From contig CBDCKN010000013.1 of NCBI GenBank assembly GCA_965218295.1, positions 96,001 through 160,000 of the forward strand: a stretch of 64,000 bases of DNA, in the 5' to 3' direction. Under the pieces are notes generated by a model that was not told where the DNA came from, did not search any database, and saw only the letters and a program-made list of their open reading frames with translations. The position numbers and the translations under genes are program-made. This document shows positions 1 through 9,768 of this stretch, in pieces. The stretch's first letter is position 1, and each line of letters opens with the position of its first letter. This DNA comes from Longimicrobiales bacterium. GTDB lineage: Bacteria; Gemmatimonadota; Gemmatimonadetes; Longimicrobiales; Gaopeijiaceae.

Positions 1-36
1 TCCTATTCGGGTTCCATCGATATGGAGGCGGACACG

Positions 37-645
37 ATGCCCCTGACGAAGCGACAAAAAGAGATCCTCGATCATATTGAGAGTTTCATCGACGAGCACG
101 GATACGCCCCCAGCTTCGAGGAGATCGCAGCCGCGTTCGGGTACTCCTCCCTTGCCACGGTGCACGAGCACCTCAGCAATCTGGAGCGCAAGGGCTACAT
201 CCGGAAGGCCTACAACGAGAGCCGGTCCATCGAGCTGGTGGGGCACGCGTCCTCGTCCGGCGCGGTGGAGCTACCTCTCTTCGGAGCGGTGGCGGCCGGG
301 CTTCCCATCGAGGCCATCGAGGAGCAAGAGACCTTGGCCGTCCCACCGGACATGGTGCGGACCGGCAGCGAGAACTTCGTGCTCCGGGTCGAAGGCGAAT
401 CCATGATCGATGAGCAGATCCGTGACGGCGACTACATCGTCGTTAGCTCGCAGGACACGGCCGACGACGGGCAGATGGTCGTGGCGCTCGTGGGCGGTGA
501 CTCGGCGACAGTCAAGAAGCTCTATCGCGAGAGCGACGGCCGCATTCGGCTGCAGCCGGCCAACCCCACCATGCCACCCATCGTGGAGGATCCCGACAAC
601 GTCCAGATTCGAGGCGTCGTCGTGGGCGTCATCCGCAAGTACTAG
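37..645 (+). CDS. lexA: SOS repressor LexA
   Basis: LTKRQKEIL...GYAPSFEEIA HTH, VAAG-P (Ala-Gly cleavage site), GESM serine and TVKK lysine; GGAGG at 24-28 precedes ATG 37. Confidence 0.97.
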   Translation: MPLTKRQKEILDHIESFIDEHGYAPSFEEIAAAFGYSSLATVHEHLSNLERKGYIRKAYNESRSIELVGHASSSGAVELPLFGAVAAGLPIEAIEEQETLAVPPDMVRTGSENFVLRVEGESMIDEQIRDGDYIVVSSQDTADDGQMVVALVGGDSATVKKLYRESDGRIRLQPANPTMPPIVEDPDNVQIRGVVVGVIRKY

Positions 646-1697
646 GGCGCACGCGTAGTCGCTCGTAGCAGGTCCAGGGCTTCCAGAGCCCTGCCGCTGT
701 CGAGGGCCTCCGTGGCCGCGTCGATGCTCTCCTCCAGCGTGTCGGCAGCACCCGACACATAGATAGCCGCCCCCGCGTTCAGCAGCACGGCCGACCTGGC
801 GCCTCCCCGCTCGTCTCCCTGAAGCACCGACATTATGACCTGGGCATTGTCCTCGGGCTCGCCTCCAGCCAACTCCTCGGCCGAGCAGGGCTCCATGCCG
901 AAGTCCTTGGGCCTCACCGTACGCTCGCTCACCAACCCGTCCACCAACTCGGCCACCTGCGTGGGGCCCATGGGACTGAGCTCGTCCAGCCCAGGCTCTC
1001 CGTGCACCACCAGCGCACGGGTATGGCCCAGCTCCCGGAGCGACTCTACCACGAGCGATACCAGGGACGGATCCGCTACACCCACCAGCTGTCTGCCGAC
1101 CCGGGCGGGGTTCGTGAGGGGTCCCAGGATGTTCATCACGGTAGGAAACCCGAGCTCCCTGCGGACGGGCCCCACGTGCCGCATGGCCGGGTGGAGGAGA
1201 GGGGCGAACATGAAGACCAGCCCTACCTCCTTCAGGACCAGGGCCATTTCTTCGGGGGTCAGCTCGATGCGTACCCCTAACGCCTCGAGAACGTCGGCAC
1301 TCCCGCTCCGGGACGTGAAGGAGCGATTCCCGTGCTTCGCGACGCGAGCCCCTGCCCCGCAGGCCACGAGAGCGGCGGCTGTTGAGATGTTGAAGGTGGT
1401 GACGGACCCGCCCCCCGTTCCGCAAGTGTCTATGAGCTGGTCCGTCGCTTCCGAGGCCACCTCCACCATGGCCTTGCGGAGGGCTCTGACGCCACCTGCC
1501 ACCTCCACCGGGATCACGCCCTTCACTCGAAGCGCGGTAAGAAGCGAGGACATCTGCACCGCCGAGGCGCTTCCCTCCATGAAGGCGTCGAACGCGAACT
1601 CGGCCTCGGCGGCGGTGAGGTGCTCTCCGCCGGCGAGCTTGTGAAGGACGTCTGGGAGGTCTGAAGGCGACGACGATCGAGGGGAACTCTGGCTCAT
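642..1697 (-). CDS. trpD: Anthranilate phosphoribosyltransferase
   Basis: DTCGTGG, TFNIST, VAKHGNRS..SRSGSAD and NILGPLTNP motifs; start placed at ATG 1697 (ORF track extends to 1784). Confidence 0.95.
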   Translation of the reverse strand: MSQSSPRSSSPSDLPDVLHKLAGGEHLTAAEAEFAFDAFMEGSASAVQMSSLLTALRVKGVIPVEVAGGVRALRKAMVEVASEATDQLIDTCGTGGGSVTTFNISTAAALVACGAGARVAKHGNRSFTSRSGSADVLEALGVRIELTPEEMALVLKEVGLVFMFAPLLHPAMRHVGPVRRELGFPTVMNILGPLTNPARVGRQLVGVADPSLVSLVVESLRELGHTRALVVHGEPGLDELSPMGPTQVAELVDGLVSERTVRPKDFGMEPCSAEELAGGEPEDNAQVIMSVLQGDERGGARSAVLLNAGAAIYVSGAADTLEESIDAATEALDSGRALEALDLLRATTRAP

Positions 1698-1787
1698 TCG
1701 AGATGGCGTTCCGTGGACGAAATCCCGTGCCGGAGGGCGCGATTTCCCCGGCAGAATACAGCTACAATTCAACCTTTCGGGCATCGC

Positions 1788-1815
1788 TTGACAACAGTTG
1801 CGGCCTTTCTACCTT
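1788..1815 (+). promoter_or_regulatory. sigma70-like promoter for the truA operon
   Basis: TTGACA (1788-1793), 16-nt spacer, TACCTT (1810-1815). Confidence 0.55.
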
Positions 1816-1821
1816 CCGGGC

Positions 1822-2628
1822 GTGGAATCCGTGAGGGTGAATCGCCTCAAGCTGATCCTGCAATATGACGGCTCAGCCTTCTTCGGCTGGCAGATACAGC
1901 GTGAGGAGCGAACCGTTCAAGGGGAGCTCGAAGCGGCTCTGAAGCGTCTTACAGGTGCCCGGCACCCGGTGGAGGGATCGGGCAGAACGGATCGGGGAGT
2001 CCACGCGACCGGTCAGGTGGCAGCCGTGTCCCTCCCGGAGCCCTGGGGACCGCCCAAGCTCAAGAAAGCGCTGAACGCGGTGCTGCCCAACGACATCTGG
2101 ATCGACACCGTCGAGCCGGCGGCCCCCGATTTCAGCCCGCGCTACGATGCCGTCGCCCGCACGTATCTCTATCGCCTCGGCGTCTCGGAGCAGAGCCGGT
2201 CTCCGTTCCACCGTCCGTGGTGCTGGGCCCTGGCGACCGAAGTGGACTCCACCCTCTTGAGTGAGGTCACCGACCTCCTTCCTGGAGAGCACTCGTTCAG
2301 GGCCTTCGCCAAGTCCGGGCGACCGGAGCGTGGTGAGCTCTGCACGGTCCAGGAGTCGCAGTGGGAGCCCTGGGAGGATCTCGGGTTCTCGTTTCGGATA
2401 ACCGCCAACCGCTATCTTCACCATATGGTCCGCTACCTCGTGGGGACGATGGTGGACATCGCGCGCGGACGGCGCCCGGTGGACGACCTGGGCCGTCTGC
2501 TGGCCAACTCGGACGACGACCTGGCGACGTCTCCCCCGGCGCCTCCCGAAGGCCTTTTTCTACATCATGTGGCGTATCCAGCGGAGCCCGCTGCTACGAC
2601 CGGGGACGCCAGCACGACAGCGCCCTAA
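1822..2628 (+). CDS. truA: tRNA pseudouridine(38-40) synthase TruA
   Basis: [36 protein letters not shown]; start codon uncertain (GTG 1822, 1831 or 1837). Confidence 0.95.
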   Translation: MESVRVNRLKLILQYDGSAFFGWQIQREERTVQGELEAALKRLTGARHPVEGSGRTDRGVHATGQVAAVSLPEPWGPPKLKKALNAVLPNDIWIDTVEPAAPDFSPRYDAVARTYLYRLGVSEQSRSPFHRPWCWALATEVDSTLLSEVTDLLPGEHSFRAFAKSGRPERGELCTVQESQWEPWEDLGFSFRITANRYLHHMVRYLVGTMVDIARGRRPVDDLGRLLANSDDDLATSPPAPPEGLFLHHVAYPAEPAATTGDASTTAP

Positions 2629-2639
2629 CCGAAAAGAAC

Positions 2640-3296
2640 ATGAGAATCTTTCTCGATACCGCCGACCCCGAAGAGATCCGCCGAGCCAACGCCGCAGGCC
2701 TCATCGACGGCGTGACCACCAACCCGTCCCTCATGGCCAAGGTCGGAGGAGACCGAGAGCCGGAGGATCTCTTCCTGGAGATCTGTCAGACCGTGGACGG
2801 GCCGGTGAGCGCCGAGGTCGTGGCTCTGGACGCCGAGGGCATGGTGGATCAGGGCACACGTCTCGCCAAGATCCACGACAACATCGTCGTCAAGGTCCCT
2901 CTCACGGAGGCGGGGCTCGTCGCGTGCCGTACGCTCAAGAGTGAAGGCATCGGAGTGAACGTGACGCTCTGCTTCTCGCCGACCCAGGCGCTGCTGGCGG
3001 CGAAGGCGGGAGCCACGTTCATCTCTCCTTTCGTCGGCCGCGTCGATGACATCGCGGGCGACGGAATGGAGCTCGTGGGGCAGATCCGCCAGATCTACGA
3101 CAACTATGAGATCGAGACTCAGATTCTGGCCGCGTCCATCCGGCATCCCCAGCACATGGTGCAAGCCCTGATGATCGGCGCCGACTGCGCCACGTTGCCA
3201 GCGAAGGTGCTGTATCAATTGTTGAAGCATCCGTTGACCGACCGCGGCCTGGATGCGTTCCTGGCGGACTGGAAGAAGTTGGGAAAGGATCTTTAG
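2640..3296 (+). CDS. tal: Transaldolase / fructose-6-phosphate aldolase (short type)
   Basis: [40 protein letters not shown]. Confidence 0.93.
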   Translation: MRIFLDTADPEEIRRANAAGLIDGVTTNPSLMAKVGGDREPEDLFLEICQTVDGPVSAEVVALDAEGMVDQGTRLAKIHDNIVVKVPLTEAGLVACRTLKSEGIGVNVTLCFSPTQALLAAKAGATFISPFVGRVDDIAGDGMELVGQIRQIYDNYEIETQILAASIRHPQHMVQALMIGADCATLPAKVLYQLLKHPLTDRGLDAFLADWKKLGKDL

Positions 3297-4759
3297 TGAG
3301 GTGCCCGTCAGCCTTCGCAACAGTGGCCTTCGCCGTCGTGGCGCTATCCACGACGACCTGTAGCGCGGAGGAAACCCCCAACCCCACCGTCGTTGCGGAG
3401 GCGCCATCGGCAGCCGCTCTGCCGGCGCCAGCAGCCTCGGCGCCTATCGCTTCGTCCCTGCAGCTGCCGGCCGCCGAGCGCTCCGGGCAGCTGGACGAGT
3501 CACGGAGCACGGCCATCGTCGAAGCGGCCACCGAGGTGGCGCCGGCCGTGGTGAGTGTGAATGTCCTCCGGAACGAGCAGGTGCGCACCCGCTCGTTCTT
3601 CGACCCGTTTTCCATGCCCCGAACCCGCCGCAGCCGTGGCTTGGGATCGGGCTTCATAATCAGTAACGACGGCGTGATCCTCACCAACGATCATGTGATT
3701 CAGGGCGCCGAGCGCATCATGGTCACCCTCCCCGACGGCCGTGACTTCGAGGCCGAGCTGGTGGGGACGGATCAGCTCACCGACGTGGCCGTTCTCCGGA
3801 TCAGGGGCGACCGGCTCCCGGTGGCCCGCCTGGGCACGTCGGAGGGGCTGCTCATCGGCGAGTGGGCCCTGGCCATCGGGAATCCCTTCGGGAATCTCTT
3901 CTCGAACTCGGAGCCCAGCGTCACGGCCGGAGTCATCAGCGCCACCGGAAGGCACATCATCCCGGATTCCGACGACCGCGTCGTCTATCTGGGGATGATC
4001 CAGACCGACGCCCCCATAAACCCCGGGAATTCGGGCGGACCACTGGTCAACTCCGCCGGTGAGGTCATCGGTGTCAACAGCTCCATATTCTCCCGGAGTG
4101 GGGGAAGCGAGGGTCTAGGTTTCGCCGTTCCCATCGATCGGGCCATCCGCGTGGCCGACGACCTCATACGCACAGGTGAGCCGACACGGGCGTGGCTCGG
4201 CTTCGAGGTGGACGCCGGCGCGGAGGACATCTGGGGCCGGACGCAGGGGATCGTGGTGGCCAGCGTGTCTCCCGACTCACCGGCCGCACGCATCTCGCGG
4301 GGCGACCGCATCGTCTCCGTGGACGGACAGCCGCTCCATACGCCTCTGGATTTCGAATCCGTGCTCCTGGACCTCAGGGCCGGGGAGTCCATCGCCCTGG
4401 GCGTCGAGGGGCGACCGAGCCCCGTGACCCTGGTATCTGAAGAGGTCCCCTCGGTCTCGGCGGACCGGGTCACCGCCCTGGAGCAGATGCAGCTCGTCAC
4501 CGTGACCTCGCAGATCCGCGCCGAGAGGAACCTCAGATACGAGAGCGGAGCGCTCATCCTGTCCATCGAGCCGCAGCTGGAGAGTCGCATCGGCTTCCGG
4601 ACGGGCGACGTGATCCTCCAGATCAACCGCGCAGGCGTCACCTCAGCCGAGCAGGCCGCAAGCATATTCCGGCGGGCATCGGGCAACATGGTTGTATACA
4701 TCGAACGCAGCGGCGGAGTCATCGTGAGGCAGCTCTCCTTCCGGCGATCCCGTGGCTGA
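3296..4759 (+). CDS. HtrA/DegP-family serine protease with PDZ domains
   Basis: GSGFII, TNDHV, TDVAV and IQTDAPINPGNSGGPL catalytic triad motifs; N-terminal signal; two PDZ-like C-terminal segments. Confidence 0.92.
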   Translation: MRCPSAFATVAFAVVALSTTTCSAEETPNPTVVAEAPSAAALPAPAASAPIASSLQLPAAERSGQLDESRSTAIVEAATEVAPAVVSVNVLRNEQVRTRSFFDPFSMPRTRRSRGLGSGFIISNDGVILTNDHVIQGAERIMVTLPDGRDFEAELVGTDQLTDVAVLRIRGDRLPVARLGTSEGLLIGEWALAIGNPFGNLFSNSEPSVTAGVISATGRHIIPDSDDRVVYLGMIQTDAPINPGNSGGPLVNSAGEVIGVNSSIFSRSGGSEGLGFAVPIDRAIRVADDLIRTGEPTRAWLGFEVDAGAEDIWGRTQGIVVASVSPDSPAARISRGDRIVSVDGQPLHTPLDFESVLLDLRAGESIALGVEGRPSPVTLVSEEVPSVSADRVTALEQMQLVTVTSQIRAERNLRYESGALILSIEPQLESRIGFRTGDVILQINRAGVTSAEQAASIFRRASGNMVVYIERSGGVIVRQLSFRRSRG

Positions 4760-6203
4760 TTCCTCAGCCGATCGCTATAGCCATCCGCTCGGAGAGCGCT
4801 ACGCTTCCCGCGAGATGCAGGCCATCTTCGCTCCGGCCAAACGCTACGGAACCTGGCGGCGCCTGTGGCTGGCCCTGGCCGAGGCGCAACAGGAGCTCGG
4901 CCTCCCCGTCACGTCGGAGGCCCTGGACCAGATGCGGCGAGGGCTCGACGACCTGGATCTCGAGAAGGCCGCCGAGTACGAGCGCCGCTTCCGCCACGAC
5001 GTCATGGCGCACGTGCATCTCTTCGGCGACGTAGCGCCCGCGGCAAAGGGCGTCATCCACCTCGGGGCCACCAGCGCCTTCGTCGGGGACAACACGGACC
5101 TGATCCTCCACCGGGAGGCCCTCACCCTGATCCGGGACCGTCTGGTGCGCTGCGTGGCGCGCCTCGCCGACTTCGCTGCCACGCACAAGGACCTGCCCAC
5201 GCTGGGCTACACCCACTTCCAACCGGCCCAGCCGACCACGGTGGGCAAGCGGGCCACCCTTTGGCTTCAGGACTTCATCCTCGACATCGAAGAGCTGGAG
5301 TTCCGCTTGAAGACCCTGCGCTTCCGGGGGGTGAAGGGCACCATCGGGACCCAGGCGTCCTTCCTGGAGCTCTTCGAAGGAGACACCTCCAAGGTCGACG
5401 CGCTCGACCATGCCGTGGCCCACCGAATGGGCTTCGCAGAGCGCTTCGGCGTGACGGGTCAAACCTACCCCCGAAAGATCGATGCACAGATCCTGGGCTC
5501 CCTGGCCAGCGTGGCGGCCTCTGCGTCGAAGATGGGCCACGACCTCCGGTTGCTCGCCAACCTACGGGAGGTGGAGGAGCCCTTCGAAGAAGAGCAGATC
5601 GGCTCGTCGGCCATGCCGTACAAGCGGAACCCCATGCGGGCCGAGCGCATCTGCGCCATGGCGCGCCACGTCATCGTCCTGGCCCAGGATCCGCAGTTCA
5701 CGGCGGCGACCCAGTGGCTGGAGCGCACGCTGGACGACTCGGCCAACCGGCGGCTCTCGATTCCGGACTCGTTCCTCGCGCTGGACGGCATCTTGGTGCT
5801 GGTGGAGAACGTGGCGTCGGGACTCGTCGTGAACCCCGGGGTGATCCGTCGGAACCTGGAGGAGCATCTCCCCTTCATGGCGGCCGAGGCCATCCTCATG
5901 CACGCTTCGACCGCGGGAGGAGACCGCCAGGAGCTCCATGAGCGTATCCGACGGCACTCCCTCGAGACGCTCCGTCGCATGAAGGAGCAGGGCGCGGAGG
6001 CCGATCTGCTGGAGCGTATCGCGGGTGACGACGCGTTCGGGATGACCTTGCCCGATCTCCGAGAGATCGCCGATTCCGCCCGCTTCGTGGGGCGGGCCCC
6101 CGAGCAGGTGGACCGCTTCTTGGCCGAGTGGGTACAGCCGGCCTTGGAACGCCTCGAAGCCGGCGCCAACGAGCGCCTGGGAGAACCCGATGTCCGGGTC
6201 TGA
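4752..6203 (+). CDS. purB: Adenylosuccinate lyase
   Basis: RHDVMAHVH, HLGATS, TH.QPAQPTT.GKR, GSSAMPYKRNP. Confidence 0.96.
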   Translation: MADSSADRYSHPLGERYASREMQAIFAPAKRYGTWRRLWLALAEAQQELGLPVTSEALDQMRRGLDDLDLEKAAEYERRFRHDVMAHVHLFGDVAPAAKGVIHLGATSAFVGDNTDLILHREALTLIRDRLVRCVARLADFAATHKDLPTLGYTHFQPAQPTTVGKRATLWLQDFILDIEELEFRLKTLRFRGVKGTIGTQASFLELFEGDTSKVDALDHAVAHRMGFAERFGVTGQTYPRKIDAQILGSLASVAASASKMGHDLRLLANLREVEEPFEEEQIGSSAMPYKRNPMRAERICAMARHVIVLAQDPQFTAATQWLERTLDDSANRRLSIPDSFLALDGILVLVENVASGLVVNPGVIRRNLEEHLPFMAAEAILMHASTAGGDRQELHERIRRHSLETLRRMKEQGAEADLLERIAGDDAFGMTLPDLREIADSARFVGRAPEQVDRFLAEWVQPALERLEAGANERLGEPDVRV

Positions 6204-7128
6204 CGCCATGGCTGTAGCAGAGTCAAAGCTACGCCTGCCCCTCGTCCACCAGGGCAAGGTCCGCGACGTATACGACGCCGGAGACGGCTTGCTCCTGATG
6301 GTGGCGAGTGATCGCGTGAGCGCCTTCGACGTGATCCTCCCCCAGCCGATTCCCCGCAAGGGAGAGGTGCTCACGCAGCTCACGGCCTGGTGGTTGGACT
6401 CCCTCCGTGACCAGATCGACCACCATCTCATCAGCGTCGACCCCGACGAGATCGTGGACCGAGTCCCGGCCCTGGGCGACTCGAGAGAGGCGTGGGCCGC
6501 CCGCGGCATGCTGGTGCACCGAACCGAGCCGGTGCTCGTGGAGTGCGTGGTGCGGGGCTACATCTCAGGCTCGGCGTGGAGGGAGTATCTTGCATCCGGT
6601 ACCCTGGCCGGGGAGCCGCTTCCTGAGGGCCTGGTGGAGAGCGGCCGGCTGGAGCAGCCAATCTTCTCGCCGGCGACGAAGGCACAGACCGGCCACGACG
6701 AGAACATCCCCTTCTCCGGTGTGGTCGAGCGGTTGGGAGACGAGATCGCAAACCGGCTGCGGGAGCTGTCCATCGCGATCTACGGGCACGGCGTGACGTT
6801 GGCCGAGGAGAGGGGGATCATTCTGGCAGATACCAAGTTCGAGTTCGGCTACCACCCGGACGGCCGGCTCCTCCTCATCGACGAGGTGCTCACGCCGGAC
6901 TCCTCCCGCTTCTGGCCGGCGGACCGTTACGTGCCGGGGCAGAGCCAGCGATCCCTGGACAAGCAGCCCGTCCGCGACTTCCTGGACGGACTCGACTGGG
7001 ACAAGTCGCCACCGCCGCCCGACTTGCCCGATCACGTCGTCGATGCCACTTCAACGAGGTACTTGGAGATTTTCCGGCGTCTGACTGGAACAGAGCTCAA
7101 TGCCTTCGAGCCCCCTCGCTTCGGCTGA
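6190..7128 (+). CDS. purC: SAICAR synthase
   Basis: GKVRDVY, SDRVSAFD, ECVVRGYISGS, ADTKFEFG, DEVLTPDSSRFW. Confidence 0.97.
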   Translation: MSGSDAMAVAESKLRLPLVHQGKVRDVYDAGDGLLLMVASDRVSAFDVILPQPIPRKGEVLTQLTAWWLDSLRDQIDHHLISVDPDEIVDRVPALGDSREAWAARGMLVHRTEPVLVECVVRGYISGSAWREYLASGTLAGEPLPEGLVESGRLEQPIFSPATKAQTGHDENIPFSGVVERLGDEIANRLRELSIAIYGHGVTLAEERGIILADTKFEFGYHPDGRLLLIDEVLTPDSSRFWPADRYVPGQSQRSLDKQPVRDFLDGLDWDKSPPPPDLPDHVVDATSTRYLEIFRRLTGTELNAFEPPRFG

Positions 7129-7152
7129 GTGCCGGAGGACCAAAAGGACCCC

Positions 7153-7884
7153 ATGAGGTTCGCGCGGGAAGGCTATCCATTCATGTTGGCAGGGTCGATT
7201 CTGGCCGCGCTGGCTTGGGCCGCCGTTCCCATCTGGGACGCCTGGGTGGCCGTCCCTGCCGGAATGCTCACGGTGCTCGCCGGATTCGTCTTCTACTTCT
7301 TCCGGGACCCGGAACGCCTGGTCCCCGCGGGCGAGGGCGTCGTTCTCGCCCCCGGGGACGGGAAGATCATCGACATCCGGGAGGTGGACGAGCCGTCCTT
7401 CTTGGGGGGCCGGTGCCGGCGCATCACCATCTTCCTCGGCATCTTCGACGTCCACGTTCAGCGGGCCCCGGTTTCGGGCAGCGTCACGCACCGCGACTAT
7501 CGTCCCGGGAAGTACGCCGTGGCGTGGCACCCCAAGGCGAGCGAGGCCAACGAGCAGTCGTCCCTGGGGCTGAGCACTCACTGGGGGCACGTCCTGGTGA
7601 GACAGATCGCGGGGCTGATCGCACGTCGGATCGTTACCTATCCGGAGAAGGGTGAGGTGGTGCAGCGCGGCGACCGCATCGGGCTCATCAGGTTCGGCTC
7701 CAGGGTGGATCTGTTCATGCCCCTCGACTGGCCTCTGTCCTGCGCCATGGGCGACAAGGTCGTGGGTGGGGCCACGGTCTTCGCCCATGTGAAGGTCCAG
7801 GCCAGCACACCGGGGGTGACCGCCCCGGATGCGAAGGACCATGGGAGCACACCGCAGGCCGGCACACAGGAGGCAAAGGCATGA
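7153..7884 (+). CDS. psd: Phosphatidylserine decarboxylase proenzyme
   Basis: FFRDPER, DVHVQRAP, QIAGLIARRI and the RFGSRVD autocleavage motif. Confidence 0.92.
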   Translation: MRFAREGYPFMLAGSILAALAWAAVPIWDAWVAVPAGMLTVLAGFVFYFFRDPERLVPAGEGVVLAPGDGKIIDIREVDEPSFLGGRCRRITIFLGIFDVHVQRAPVSGSVTHRDYRPGKYAVAWHPKASEANEQSSLGLSTHWGHVLVRQIAGLIARRIVTYPEKGEVVQRGDRIGLIRFGSRVDLFMPLDWPLSCAMGDKVVGGATVFAHVKVQASTPGVTAPDAKDHGSTPQAGTQEAKA

Positions 7885-8762
7885 TCGACCGTCCGAGGGC
7901 CGGCACGAGGCTCCAGAGGGGAATCATCATCCTCCCGTCGGCCTTCACCATGGCCAACCTGTTCTTCGGGTTCTACGCCATCGTGGCGGCCACCCGTGGT
8001 GACTTCGCGTGGGCCGGTTGGTTCATCGTGTGGGCTGCCGTGACGGACTTGCTGGACGGGCGCATCGCGCGCTTCACCAGGACCGGATCGGCCTTCGGAG
8101 GGGAGCTGGACTCCCTGGTGGACGCCATCTCCTTCGGTGTGGCGCCGGCCTTCATCATGTACACGCTCTACTTCTCGGACGGGAACTGGAGCTGGGTGCT
8201 CCCCCTCGTGTACGTCATGGCCGTGGTCGTCCGCCTGGCCCGCTTCAACGTCGAGCAGGGCGGAGAGGCAAAGGCGCACTTCCATGGCCTCCCCTCTCCC
8301 ACGCCGGGCATGATCCTGGCGACGTTCTATCCGTTCAGCCAGACCCCGTTCTTCCAGACCTATCTGGCGGGCATGCCGTGGCCGCGGATCATGGGCATCC
8401 TGCTCATCGTCCTGGGCGCCCTGATGCTCAGCAACATCCCCTACGCCCTCGTTCCGAAGATCGGCCTCCGGTCGAGGAAATTGATCCTGAACTCGCTGTG
8501 GCTCTTCGGAAATGTTCTCGTCGCCATCGCCTTCCCGGCCTACTACTTCTTCCCCATGCTCCTCGGCTACACGATGTGGGGACTCATGGGGTCGGTGATC
8601 CACGGGCTTCTGGAGCGTCTCCCCGAGCGGGACCCGCTCCTGGACGTGCTAGACGAGGCGGGCGCAGAGGTACGGGCCCTAGACTACGGAGAGCTGGCTC
8701 CGAAGCGGTACCAGCAGAGTCCCACACACGTGCAACCCCCTGACACGGAGAGCGAAGCGTGA
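7881..8762 (+). CDS. pssA: CDP-diacylglycerol--serine O-phosphatidyltransferase
   Basis: DLLDGRIAR...FGGELDSLVDAISFGVAP, RLARFN, GLPSP; adjacent to psd. Confidence 0.92.
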   Translation: MIDRPRAGTRLQRGIIILPSAFTMANLFFGFYAIVAATRGDFAWAGWFIVWAAVTDLLDGRIARFTRTGSAFGGELDSLVDAISFGVAPAFIMYTLYFSDGNWSWVLPLVYVMAVVVRLARFNVEQGGEAKAHFHGLPSPTPGMILATFYPFSQTPFFQTYLAGMPWPRIMGILLIVLGALMLSNIPYALVPKIGLRSRKLILNSLWLFGNVLVAIAFPAYYFFPMLLGYTMWGLMGSVIHGLLERLPERDPLLDVLDEAGAEVRALDYGELAPKRYQQSPTHVQPPDTESEA

Positions 8763-9034
8763 CGCGTTTTCGCTTGGAGATTCGAGTGGTTCCTCGCCCC
8801 GGGCTGCTGGACCCGGAAGGGAAAGCCATCCAGCACGCCCTGCATTCGCTGGACTATGAAGGCGTACAGGACGTGCGCGTCGGGAAGATCCTCTACCTGG
8901 ACGTGGAAGCTTCCTCGGAAGAGGACGCCCGCGAACGTGGGGAGGCCATGTGCCACCGGCTTCTAGCCAACCCCGTGACCGAGGACTTCGAGATCGATGT
9001 GCGGGAGGTGTCCACGGCGGAGATACCGGCATGA
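8759..9034 (+). CDS. purS: FGAM synthase subunit PurS
   Basis: [20 protein letters not shown]. Confidence 0.95.
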   Translation: MTRFRLEIRVVPRPGLLDPEGKAIQHALHSLDYEGVQDVRVGKILYLDVEASSEEDARERGEAMCHRLLANPVTEDFEIDVREVSTAEIPA

Positions 9035-9747
9035 AGGTCGCCATCGTCACCTTCCCGGGCTCCAACTGCGATTACGACCTCTACAAGTGCATACAGCTGG
9101 TCGGTGGAAGCCCCCAGTTCGTGTGGCATCGGGAGGTAGAGCTGGGCGACGTGGATGCCGTCATGCTCCCTGGGGGCTTCTCCTACGGGGATTACCTACG
9201 AGCCGGAGCCATCGCCACCATGAGCCCCATCATGGACGCCGTTAAGGCCTTCGCCGCATCCGGCGGTCCGGTGCTGGGCATCTGCAACGGGTTCCAGATG
9301 CTGTGCGAGGCCGGGCTCCTCCCGGGCGCCCTGCTCCGCAACAGCTCCCTGTTGTTCGCGAGCCAGGACGTCCTGCTCCGGGTGGAGAGTGATGCCACGA
9401 TCTTCACGCGGGACTACCATATCGGGCAGATCCTGCGGATGCCCATCGCCCACGCCGAGGGGAACTACCACGCCGCCGAGGAGACCCTGGACCGGCTCGA
9501 AGGAGAAGGGCGCGTCCTCTTCAGGTACGTGGACGCCTCCGGCGAGACGACCACCGGTGCGAATCCCAACGGATCGGCCCGCAGCATCGCCGGCATCCTC
9601 AACGAAGAGGGCAACGTCATGGGAATGATGCCCCATCCCGAAAGAGCCGTGGAGGAGATCCTGGGCTCCGTGGACGGGCTCGGCCTCTTCGAGGCTCTCC
9701 TGGCGCACCTCTCGCCGGTAGGCACGACACCGGTAGGCACAGCGTGA
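9031..9747 (+). CDS. purQ: FGAM synthase glutaminase subunit PurQ
   Basis: [34 protein letters not shown]. Confidence 0.97.
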   Translation: MKVAIVTFPGSNCDYDLYKCIQLVGGSPQFVWHREVELGDVDAVMLPGGFSYGDYLRAGAIATMSPIMDAVKAFAASGGPVLGICNGFQMLCEAGLLPGALLRNSSLLFASQDVLLRVESDATIFTRDYHIGQILRMPIAHAEGNYHAAEETLDRLEGEGRVLFRYVDASGETTTGANPNGSARSIAGILNEEGNVMGMMPHPERAVEEILGSVDGLGLFEALLAHLSPVGTTPVGTA

Positions 9748-9768
9748 GCGCCGTCCTTTCCCCCACCA

